Assembly (NCBI GenBank): GCA_032718475.1 | Contig: JAUCBJ010006922.1 | Span: forward strand, 1-42,100 | DNA from: Nemertoderma westbladi | Taxonomy: Eukaryota; Animalia; Xenacoelomorpha | Reading direction: 5' to 3' | DNA length: 42,100 bases | Shown: positions 24,065 to 34,800 of the stretch, piece after piece | Layout: each line of letters begins with the position of its first letter | Position numbering within the stretch: position 1 is the stretch's first letter | Position numbers and translations under genes: made by a program | Notes under the pieces: generated by a model | Databases searched by the model: none | Told to the model about the DNA's origin: nothing | What the model saw: only the letters and a program-made list of their open reading frames with translations

Positions 24065-27000
24065 TCACATTGGGGAGTCCCTGGATGTTGGTTGGATTAG
24101 GGAGGTGGTCGTGGGAAGAGTATCTTGCCTTCCATAGTTTCCGGACAGTTCTCGTTCTCTTTCCAGTAAACATAAACGACCAACTGGGCGATTGAGTTGT
24201 TGTGTTTCGAATACAATTCCAGGTTTCCTCTTTGTCCTGGAATAGTGACGATAGAAACATCGCTTCAAATACACGACGGCCTTACAAAGCCGATTCCAGG
24301 ATCTATAGTGGTCCATCGCTCCCGGCATGAGAGGTGAGAGTCCCGGCGAGACGTCTGGTGTTCCAGATCTCCAGTCTCTCTCTCTGATCTCCACAACAGA
24401 TCGGTTCGTGGTGGGGGAGTTTAGATCCACAGCGTCGTCCCTGGCAATGTGTAGTACAGACAGATCTATCACGGGTTTAAATAACCTTGATTTACTCGTC
24501 CGGGTTTTAGGTTTGACTTTCTCCGCTCCCTTGGCTTGTCTAATCTCAGCCGTGGTAAGATGGGGAGGCCATTCATCTTCTTTACTTAGGAAGTCGGGTC
24601 CACCTAGCCAGTCTGGAGTATCTGTCAGTTCTTGAGGAGTTGCTCCTCTGGAAGCGATGTCGGCTAGATTAATCGTCTCGGGGCAATGTCTCCATTGATC
24701 TACATTAGAGTTAATATCGTCATTATCTGAGGAGTATGGTGTTCCTTCAGTTGTGGTCGTCTCTCCCTCACTGATGTCTTCTTTCCATTCACTCTCCTGA
24801 TGGACCTGATCTTTGGGTAGCCTTTCCAGGAGTGTCCTACGGGAAGGTCCAGTGAAGTACCAACCTACTCTTGTTCTTCCCGCATAGGTTTGCAATGGTT
24901 GCGGTCGAGCAGGCCGTTTCTCTAATGTCTCAAGCGCCTCATGCGCATTTTGGCCGATGAGTATCTGTACCACTGGGTAGTCAGTGTTGAATCTAGGTAT
25001 CTCATGCTGCTGGGTGAAATCGTCTTCATCCCAGTTATAAGGTTCCACTTGGCTGGTAGCGAAGTTCTTTATCGCCACCATTTTTACTGACCTTATACTG
25101 TGTTCTCCTAGCTCATCCTGGGGGGTGGACAATGCGCCTACATAGTAGTCTGTAGCTACTGTAGATTTCCAAACCTGCATAATTCCTGAAAGGTTCAACT
25201 TAGTTCGGAACTTGGGTTGTCCAGCAAAGATGTCTTCGGCTAGTTCTTTGTCGATGAATGTTCATTTGCTGCCGGAGTCAAGGAGGGCGTTCACTATATA
25301 GCTATTTTTTAACTCATGGACTCTCAACTGCACTATGGGAAATTCCTGGATTCCTACGTTGGAAGTTGGCGCTTTCCAAGATGGTTGTCGATCTGGAATA
25401 GTTAGGGGGAGCTCACTATCAGTTTCAGTCTCATACGTAAGTGCTCGATACACTGCGGTGTTTATTAGATAACAGGATTCGTTTTCGTCGGAGAATTCAT
25501 CCGTGTAGAATCCTTCCATCTCAGAACTGAGGTCAGTGTCGTTCACATCAATGAATTGGACATGTAGTTCGGGCTCACTTACCTGACTCGTGCGGGTTCT
25601 TTCAAATTCTGTGTGCAGCAAGATATGATGTTTCGCGCCGCACTTAGCACACCTTGCGTCGGAGTAACAGGTTCGCCGTTGGTGTCCTTGTCTGAGGCAA
25701 TTATAACATAACCGCTTATCCCACATGACTTCACGTCTATCTTTTAGTGATTTCCTTAGGAATTCATCACACACACTTAAACGGTGGGGCCCGTCGCACA
25801 GCACACATTTTGGTTTGATGTTACTTACCTTACCTTGGGTAACGTTGTGCACACTCGTTCTTTCCTAGGGTTTTCTTCCGTGAACTCTCTTAGGAGACGT
25901 AGGAGGAGTTTTTGTTACCTGTTCTCTCCTGTCATTGGTTCGAGACTTAAATTTACTTACGTCTTTAGGCGCTTTGTTGACATAGTAAGATCTTCCAGTG
26001 TCTTTCCCGCTGTGCTCCTCATGGGAGGTTTGGCTTTTGCCGTCGTCGGTATAACACACTGGTGTTACCTTTCGCCTAGAAACGGAATTTTCACTTACCT
26101 CACTTTCAGGAGTCTTCTCTCTAGACTGTTTTAGGAGTTGTAATCTTACCTCTCGGTTTAAGAATGACAGAAGGTCCGTCATGGTTGGATCTCTATGTTG
26201 TTGGTCCATCAAATAGAGAACCTTTTTGTCCCAGCGAGTACCTACTTCACTCTTTGGCAAAGCTGATGCTAAGGCTCCTACAACCATAGAATTCTGGTAT
26301 TCATGAGACTTACCTAACCAGTCTAGTTGTCTACAGATCTCCTGTATCTCATCGGAAAACTCTATAATCCCGCTGCTAAGGAACTTTTGGGGCGCTACCA
26401 ATTTTGCATACAAATACCTAGCTATGTTATTCCTATTACCATACCTGATGTTCAGTGTATCCCAAACTTATCTTAATCCATCTGGATGTCCAATAAACTT
26501 TAACGCTATTAACTTGGGAGATCCTTCCAAACACTCGATGAGGAATCTAAGTTTCTCTCCGTTAGATAGTACAGAGTTCTGTATGATATCTTTGTAATAT
26601 TCATTAAAAGGTAACCATTTCATCTCATCTCCATTGAACTTGACAATCTCTCCCACCTTTACCGCTGGATGGGCTTCGGTTCTAGCCATTTGACGCGTAA
26701 AACTTTCTTGGGCCATCGTATTATTTAATATCGAGTTATCGGTATATAAATTTCTCGGATTAGGATCAGATCTATATGGAATGTCATTGTCAACAGGTTT
26801 ATAATTACCCTTAATAGGGTTTACTATAGGAGTTTCTACTTCACTAGCAGTGTAGATGCGTGTAGGCTCCACACCTTGCGCATGAAATACTTCAGACCTA
26901 ACAGGTTGACACATTGTTACAGGGGGTGGTGGTATACCCTTTTGTGTATTTACTAATTTATCGCGTTCTAACGCGATACTCTGCTGCACTTCTTGTAACT

Positions 27001-28984
27001 CTAACCTACTTTCCCTTACTGTTCCCTTGAACTGTTGAACAGTCTCCTGCATCTGCCCGAGCAGGAGATCCATCCCCCGCCGTCCCTCATCCACCCACTC
27101 GACCGCCGAAGCGAGAGCCGCCAACATAGTAGCGGGTAGACGAGGGACAACGGGCGACAAATCGTTGATATTTCGCTCGGAGTTCAGGACAGGAACTGTC
27201 TCAGGGGCGGTTCTACTGGGCACAGGTAGTTTAGTGCTGTGCAAAGGGAATTTAGAGGTAGGTTCTGGGAGTACAGGTGTCTCTATCACCAAAGGGGTGG
27301 CTTCGAGGACAGGCCTAATTATTTCAGGCTCATCTACTATAGTAGGGAGTATTTTTACTCTAATAATTTGGTCTGTGGGTTCTGTACTACCTAAGTCTGA
27401 GCTAGCTAGTTGCCTTCTCACAGCTGGGGGCAAATTAGGCAATTTCTGATGGTGGGGTATTCTTCTACGCCTGCTGAGACGAGATCTATTTACTCCGCCT
27501 TCAGGATCTGTTGTATCGCCTTCATCTGATGATGTAAAGCCCTGTCGCTTGGGGGTGGATCGACTTATCATCTGCCACTGAGTAGCTGTTCTCTGTTTAT
27601 CTATGTAGTGCCATGTATCTACTGCTTCTGCCACTGCCTCTGCCGCTTTTCTTTCTGCCGCTGCTACCTTTCTTTCCGCTTCTGCCGCCTTTCTTTCAGC
27701 CTATGCCTCTGCCGCTGCCGCTGCCGCTGCCGCTTTTCTTTCAACTTCTGCCGCTGCTGCTGCTGCTATCTTTCTGTCTTCTATACGTTTTTTCTTTACT
27801 TGTTCTTCTTGAACCCTAACGATGCGGCTACTTTCATCAAATTTAGCTTGGTTCGCAACTAACATTTCCGCATCTATTGCGTCCAGCACAAACTTGGCTC
27901 CTTCACTATTAGGACGAAGTCCAGCCAGCCTTCTCCTCAACTCTTCGTCACCTAGAAATCGTTGATAGTCTGACAGATAGATGTCAATGGCATCCTTCTT
28001 CTGAGGTTTCTCTGATGTTGCTTCGCTTTCCACTTGAGAAAAGGTAGCGTCTGTTGAGTCCCCGTGGGTTGAGCGCTCAGTTAGCTGAATTTTCCATTGG
28101 GTCGTTCCTTGAACCTTGAGACTCACCCATTGAAACCAAGTCTTGACAGCAACTTGCAATGACGTGTCTTGGGTTCTCTTCGAAGCTTCCTCAAAGGCTG
28201 ATAGGAGTAGTCTGATTCTTAGAATTCTTTCTCAAACTTGATAAAGCAGCTCTCCCTGCTCTTGAGGTCCTTGGTGTTGTTGAAACAGTTGTTCCTCTAA
28301 TCGCTCCAAAGAGCTGAAGAATCCCTGTACATATCCTGCTGCCGACCTCTTCCACACAGCTGGATCACTAGTGTCTTTTGTCACTCCCATCCTGTGTAAG
28401 TCCTCCCAGGCAGCTTCCGATAAGTTAAACGGGAGTCTGGGTCCGAGGAAGTTCCATTGCGTCTCGACAATAGACTTCAGTTCCTCCCTTGTGTATCCCG
28501 CATAACTGTCCTTGGTCGATTGCTTACTTCTCGCCCAATCAATTTGGTGTTCCTCCACCGCAATCAATACCCTAGTGAGTACGGATGCAGGAAGAATGAG
28601 AAGGGGATCCGAATAAACCGCATCTGCCATCTTTGCTCCGCGCTCGGGTGTCAGCTCTACAGTATCCGAACTAATGGAGCTATTGGGCCGCTGAGAAATA
28701 AGTTCTCGGCTCGGGTGTTGCTGGTGCTGCTGTTTAACAGCTGCCTCTTGGTCCCGCTTGACTTGAGCCCTAGTGCCTATGATAGACCTATGGTGCTCTA
28801 CTAGCCTAGGGTCTGACACTACTACTGTAGGGATGACCTAGCTTACAGTAGGAGGGGACTTGGACTTTGGTCTCAGACATTCTATACTCTTAGCTGAGTC
28901 CCAGATCCTTTTAAGACCCTGTCTAACACTCATTCTAGCACTTTCTAAGAGACTATCTGACAGTGTTTGTTTTGTGTCAGACAT
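24065..28984 (-). pseudogene. gag-pol: BEL gag-protease-(RNase H tail) polyprotein; one reading frame with six in-frame stops
   Basis: ATG at 28984. ORFs 28232-28819, 27701-28159, 26468-27634, 25865-26413, 25262-25852 and 24065-25198 are all in one frame. Motifs: KFNGDEMKWLPF...EKLRFLIECLEG (DUF1759-like Gag); CX2CX3HX4C, CX2CX4HX4C and CX2CX3HH-LLH knuckles; ALLDSGS protease; GWYFTGP; then QWRHCP..NLADIASRG, WLGGPDFL, SWNRL. Confidence 0.9.
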
Positions 28985-29120
28985 GTTTGATTGTACAGTT
29001 GAATGCCTACTGCTATAATTACAGTTAAAGCAAGTCTAGTAATTCAGTATCACTGTTAGCCTTGTAATTAATTACCGATATCGTTACTCTAGGTAACGTG
29101 ATATATATACAATATATTAG

Positions 29121-29390
29121 AATACCGGTATACACTTATAGTATATAAGTATTATTATGGATCGAATATTAGGGTTCCAGAATAGAACAGAACAGAATAC
29201 CGGTATATAATTTCAGCGCAAATATATAGATATATAATAAGCCTAACGTGAATACCGGTATACAGCTTACACCTATAGTGTATATATAAGTATAATTATA
29301 GACTAGAATTAATTACAGAATACCGGTATATATTTTCAGCTTAAATTTATAGAAATAAATATAATAAGCCTATCGTAAATACTGGTACGT
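29121..29390. repeat. ~130-bp tandem duplication with AATACCGGTATA motifs in the BEL 5' leader
   Basis: aataccggtata at ~29121, 29196, 29251 and 29319, plus a variant at ~29378. Confidence 0.65.
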
Positions 29391-30903
29391 CAATTATTTT
29401 AGAATAATTTAATTTCTGAATTCTAGGGTTACTTAGTTACTTTACTTTACTTTATTACCGTTATTTAAGCAGTAGTCCAACTGATATTAAGACCTAATTG
29501 TTATATGACAGGCCTACTATTTTATAAATCGGTTTGAGTTGATTTATAATATATATATACCCGTTTAATGGGTTTTGTTACAATATTTGAAATAAATGTT
29601 ATTATTTCTGGGAAGGAGTCACTACACAGAAGCTGTACGCTCTCAGTGAAGTGCTACTTGTTGGACACTAAAACAAATAATTCTAATTTACTAAGTTACT
29701 TATTACTACAAATTACGTACAATTAAGGGGTGAGATTACAATCTCTAAATAAACACAAAAAATTACACGTACAATTTTTTAGGGGTAATTTTACAAGAAA
29801 TCTACAAACCAGCCTAACAAGGAGTTAGAATTTCTGGTTATTACAAACGGACAGGATACTACGGTATTTGAAAATAATAAAGCAGTAGTAAATATATTGT
29901 GTTGTCTAGATAGGAAAATACCACCGTCTGACGACTTATAGCCGTAGCGCTATAAGTACTACGTTATGTACAAGGAGTGTTCCTACCTAGAAGTTAATTA
30001 CCGCAGCCTACTATAGCTAACGTGCCTATTAAATATACTGCCTACAAACTAATTACCTTCGGAAAGCACTGTACACTAAACCCTAAATTAGGTACAAGTA
30101 CTTATACAACAAATAACCAGCAGTTAAAAAAACTTGTACAGCTAAAAGAACCACGGTATCTGCCAGAGTGACCAGAGCATAAAATCACCAGTCTTTACCT
30201 ACGCCAAACAGCCCTGATGTAGTACCGGGGTTAATTTAACTATAACGGTATATATAACAAGCACAATTACTGTAGGAATAAACTTGGGGTTGTGAATGTT
30301 GCGAATAATCGCATATACTCTGAATAATAAATATTACGCTACCCGTACAGACTACACAAACAAAATACAGACCAAACGCTGGCAGACTACTATTAAGCCT
30401 AAATAAACTACAGTATATGCAGACTCCGAAATGGTTAGTTAGTATGCGTTCTAACCAAGTAGTACGACTTATTCTTTCGGGGGGGGGGGGGGGGGGATTT
30501 ACCTTACAGCACTGGATGCCCCCACGTTCCTAACTAGTACTTTATCGGACATACACTCTACACACACTGCAATCTCTTCAGACTTAACAACAGTCAGACA
30601 ATAATCCAGCCTACAAATTACTTGTACAATCTGAGCAGGCATACATGCCTTCTGTTCAATATTAACCTACAAATAAATAAAACTGACAGAAATAAGTAAA
30701 CCATACAAAGGAATGAGAGGTGATCAATCCCTAATCCCCTAACAGCCTACAATATACAATATATCACAATCGAAATAATACTAGTACCTGTACTGCTGTA
30801 AGTACCGGTTCGGGTATTTAGGTAGTTAGGCCTACTGGTTACCGGTCGACCGGTACTTTTGCCTTTATTGCCTACGTTGCAATAAAGAAATTATAACTGT
30901 TAT

Positions 30904-32074
30904 TGTTCGCGCTTTTAGACCTTTAGCAGTTTAACCTGCCAAATTTAGGTGTCTTCTAAGTTATAAATCGACTTTAGCCTATAACAAGTATTTGATACAC
31001 ATAAAGTTACATTAGCCGAAGCCAGCCTATGCGCGATCATTCACCCATGGTTAAGGGAGACTGGATTCGGATGCTCTGACCTTATTGTGGTGTAGACCTA
31101 CTGTACTATTCGATTGATCGTTAATATATAATCTCTGACAATTATTATTCACTTTCAGGAAATATTAACAGTTCCTTTAGGACGTGGCGCTCTAAGTATG
31201 TAAACAGAGTTATGACTTACACTAAACACAATGGGATGGCTAATGATTTTCGTATAAAGCGCATTCTTTAGGAAATGCTTTGTTATCTGTCATACTCATG
31301 CACACTACCGCACACTGCTGCACACTGATCTGCCGACCTTCACTAAATTTGATCATATATAAGGAGAACAGCAACTGACACATGTAGGGTCTATGAAATA
31401 GCATTCAATTCACTCCAAAACCACTATAATGTAAGTCACAATTGCTATATGTAACCGGTCTCTCTAACCTTCAGTATATCAAGAAGATTGGGGTTTTAGG
31501 ATTATTTATCGATATTCTCCAAATATAACAACATATCCATCAACTGATAACAATTAATAACCGACAGTAAAAGCAGTAAAATGATGCGGTGAAAGGTTGT
31601 GCATAATGCATATGATGTACTGATAACAGTTATACGTTTCTATAATCAAAGCCGTTCTAATGTTTGGCTAAAGTCTGAAACACAGAATAATTCCAAAGCC
31701 GATGTTCTGGGCTCAGGAAAAAAGGTAAACAAAGACCATAATGCATTGCGCGATCTTCCGTAGGCTTCTGTACAAGATAAAATGAAAATCGCTCTGATTG
31801 GTCGAGTGAGCCGAACAAAGAAAGCCAAAAAGCTCCACATCGACATATCAGCTGATAGATGTCATAATCTGAACTACACTGTATTAAGAGTATTTTGGCG
31901 TATTGCGGCATAAAATGGCTAGTTATGTCCGCTAAAGTACACATACAGAAAAAATGGCTTTTTATGTCCACTAAAACACCTACACAGTAAGAAAACGGCT
32001 TTTTATGTCCGCTAAAACACCTACAGAGTACTTTGCGGGGAAAATGACTAGTTATATCCGCAAAAGCCTTTACA
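30904..32074 (-). repeat. BEL 5' LTR (1171 bp, TG...CA)
   Basis: Minus strand reads TGTAAAGGCTTTTGCGG...AAAAGCGCGAACA. Short tandem motifs lie near the start, and the CCAAT box at ~31797-31801 is conserved in the sister solo LTR. Confidence 0.92.
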
Positions 32075-34174
32075 CAAGATGACGAAATCTGTCAGCTGAT
32101 TCTTTGTGTACGTGGAGGTTTCTTTGTTTGAGCCTATTCAGCCAATCAGAGCAATCTTCCCAGTTATGCCAATAGAGACCTACCTGTGGAAATTGGCGCA
32201 TGCGCAGTTATAGTTTTTCTGAGAACCCAATCCTTTTCTGGATTCTGTACTAAGTACAGACGTTTCAGACTTCGGCCCAAGAACATCTGATGGCTTGAGT
32301 TATAAGAACGTAAATCTATTAACGTAACAACTTAAAGCATGGTGACACACTGCTTGTCTCACCTTGTTTCACATCATATCGCCGCATACACATACTGACT
32401 CTGTTCACCGCACTGTTTTAATGCAGTTTTATATTGTTGTTAATTGCTGTTTATATTAATGGATGTTATATTTGGAGAATACCGATAAATAATCGTAAAC
32501 CCCTTAATTACTGAGGTAAGCAGAAGGGTCTACTGGTAGCAACTGCGACTCAAATTATAGTGGTTTTTGTGTGGATTAAATGCTATTTCATAATCCCTAC
32601 GTGTGTCAGTTGCAATCCTCCTTATATATAATCAAAATCAGTGACGGTCGGCAAATTAGTGTGAATTAGTGTGAAGTAGTGTGAAGTCGTGTGAAGGTTA
32701 ATAAAGCATCTCCTAAAGAATGCGCTATTTACGAGATTCCATAGCCATCTAGTTGTGATTAGTATAAGTCATAACTCTGTTTTATACTTAAAGCGCCACG
32801 TCCTAAAGGAACTGTTAATATTTCCCCGAAAGTAAATATAGTTGTCGGAGATTATATAGTAGCGATCAATCGAATAATACAGTAGGTCTACACCGCAATA
32901 CTTCCTCCGGAACCCGAATCCAGTCTCCCACACCGTGGGTCATACGCCGCGCACGGACTGGCTTCGGCTGATGTAAATTCAGTACACCAGGTAATTGGTA
33001 AGGGCAAAAGTCGATTTATAATTAAAGGACATTTAAATTAGCAGGTTAAACTGCTAAAAGGTCTAAAAGCGCGAACAGTGTTCTCGAATATTTATTACGT
33101 AACTACTGTAGAGATCCCACTAACTATATACATAAACCAATATTTGTTATTGACTTTCGTTTTGGAGTTCGTCTTGCAGACACTAAAGTTGTAAATTTAC
33201 ATAATAATATACAAGCTATTTAAAATGATAAGCTTAACTATTTAACTATTTTAACTATTTAACTATTTAACTGATAAGCCGCTTTCTATACTGTCACGTG
33301 CTGCGCAACGTCCTCCCTCAAGTTTTATTGATTGTAATGAGTAAGTAGGCAATGGGTTAACTTCCTGGTTTAGTAAAATCTCCTATGTAATATTATAATC
33401 ATAACTGACTGCGGGGGCAGGCGAGGCATAGGCCTACATATTATTAAATCAGGTCACGGTAGGCTGATACAGTCTTACATACTGTGATGTAATATAATTA
33501 CAGTATAGTTTTGTACTGTTGATTAATATTACGTACGTAAATTTTTTAACTTACATAAAGACTATATTGCCGGGTGTTCGTGTGAACTTGTGAACAGAAG
33601 CAATGGAAATAATATTAGGTGAAAATAATGGTGTTCGTAAAGGGGAAGGCTCATACAGTATATCCTTAGTCCAGCAAACAGCATTAAAATTGCTACTGCT
33701 ATTGGACTGTCAGTTTATATGATTCATGCTTACGAGCTTACTTACAGTAGGCCCCTAGTGTGACCCGCCCTTTATTTACTTTATATTCGTATCACTATAG
33801 TATACTGTAGTGTGACGGCTTGAGTATGATTAATGTTAACCAATATTTTGTAATGTTTATACAGTACTGTACAATTATGCATTTATATAGATATAATATT
33901 TGATTTAAAAAGCTAAGCCTGTCTGCCTATTTCTACCGTATGGCGATAGATAATACTGTTATGTAGTCCGGCTTGTACTGTAGTACATATTATATGTAGT
34001 AACAATGTGTTGGCAAGCTGTATTTTTCGAGGTGCTTGTTATTATACATTTATTATAGGAAGGGATCTTGGGGTCTTAGCCTCGAATGATAAGTTTATTT
34101 TACCGAAAAGAACTTATCTTTTATTGGCGCAATTGTAGGACTAATCCCATCACATGCGTACTTTTTAAGGCCTA

Positions 34175-34477
34175 GTCCTGGCCTGGCCTAGTGGTTGTAG
34201 TCTCGGCTTCCACCTCGAGGTCCCAGGTTCGAATCCGACACCACGCTGATGAGACCCAGTAAGGTCGAAACGCGTACGTGGTTTGGAGAGATATGAGATA
34301 TTAATTTCAAGAAAAAAAATTACGCGATTCCTAAATTTGTACACTACCCGGTTAAAAAGTACGCATGTGATGGGATTAGTCCTACAATTGCGCCAATAAA
34401 AGATAAGTTCTTTTCGGTAAAATAAACTTATCATTCGAGGCTAAGACCCCAAGATCCCTTCCTATAATAAATGTATA
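34175..34477 (+). mobile_element. tRNA-derived SINE-like retroelement carrying a hammerhead ribozyme
   Basis: Pol III A box TGGCCTAGTGG (34184-34194), anticodon-arm-like ctcgg-cttccac-ctcgag, B box GGTTCGAATCC (34226-34236), followed directly by the hammerhead. Confidence 0.8.
34240..34282 (+). ncRNA. Minimal type I hammerhead ribozyme
   Basis: Stem I ACCACG/CGTGGT; core CTGATGA (34246-34252); stem II GACC-cagtaa-GGTC; GAAA (34267-34270); short palindromic stem III ACGCGT; cleavage triplet GTA (cut after 34276). Confidence 0.9.
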
Positions 34478-34577
34478 TTATATGTAGGCCTAACTTACAG
34501 TATCAGTAAAGTTTTAGTCCGGCTTGTAGTACAAAGGCCTACTACTACAGTAAAGTGAACCGACAAACTGAACCAAC

Positions 34578-34800
34578 ACGCATGTGGGCGAGCCACGAAG
34601 TGAGCGAAGCCTTACCATAAGGTTGCCATTAACGAGTTGTCTGTCGTCGTCGTCTATCGTCGTCGTAAATTTTTGATCGCTAATAACTCGGTTATTCCGT
34701 GATGAAATTAAACGAAACTTGGTACGTATGTAGTCCGGCAAAAGTTTAGAAAGAATCGGATGCTTGGTAAAACTAAACGAACGAACGCAACGAGTTTACA
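34578..34800 (+). repeat. Possible Helentron/DINE-like non-autonomous fragment
   Basis: Short palindrome ccttaccataagg, a (GTC)n microsatellite, then aataactc...aaacgaaacttggtac motifs. This layout is common in such elements, but the ends were not resolved. Confidence 0.35.

Larger units (their letters stand above)
19578..32074 (-). mobile_element. BEL/Pao LTR retrotransposon, non-autonomous (gag-PR retained; RT, most of RNase H and IN missing), with extra 3' ORFs
   Basis: Direct repeats 19578-20740 and 30904-32066 are ~99% identical. Outer termini are TGTAAAGG and GCGAACA. TSD CAAGA (19573-19577, 32075-32079). BEL-type triple zinc knuckle and protease. Confidence 0.92.
19470..33077 (+). mobile_element. 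Solo LTR (~1.1 kb) of a sister BEL/Pao family, split into 19470-19577 and 32080-33077 by the inserted element
   Basis: Starts TGTAAAAGCTTTTGCGGA and ends GCGCGAACA. 5-bp TSD GTGTT (19465-19469, 33078-33082). Collinear but clearly diverged (roughly 75-80% identity by eye) from the inner element's LTR, in the opposite orientation. Confidence 0.85.
34043..34477. repeat. Perfect 126-bp inverted repeat (34043-34168 / 34352-34477) enclosing the SINE head and hammerhead
   Basis: tatacatttattataggaagggatc...catgcgtactttttaa versus ttaaaaagtacgcatg...gatcccttcctataataaatgtata. Confidence 0.95.

Noticed and set aside
29928-29965. Second hammerhead (CTGACGA followed by hairpin cttatagc/gctataag)
   Set aside because: No GAAA after the hairpin and no stem I/III pairing.
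30904-33077. A 2.2-kb long-TIR transposon, Ginger element or DIRS-like split-repeat structure
   Set aside because: The nested TSDs (CAAGA, GTGTT) explain the palindrome as one LTR inserted into an oppositely oriented sister solo LTR. No tyrosine recombinase or transposase is seen.
34175-34245. Functional tRNA gene
   Set aside because: A and B boxes are present, but the acceptor and T stems do not pair properly and the sequence runs straight into a hammerhead. It is a SINE head.
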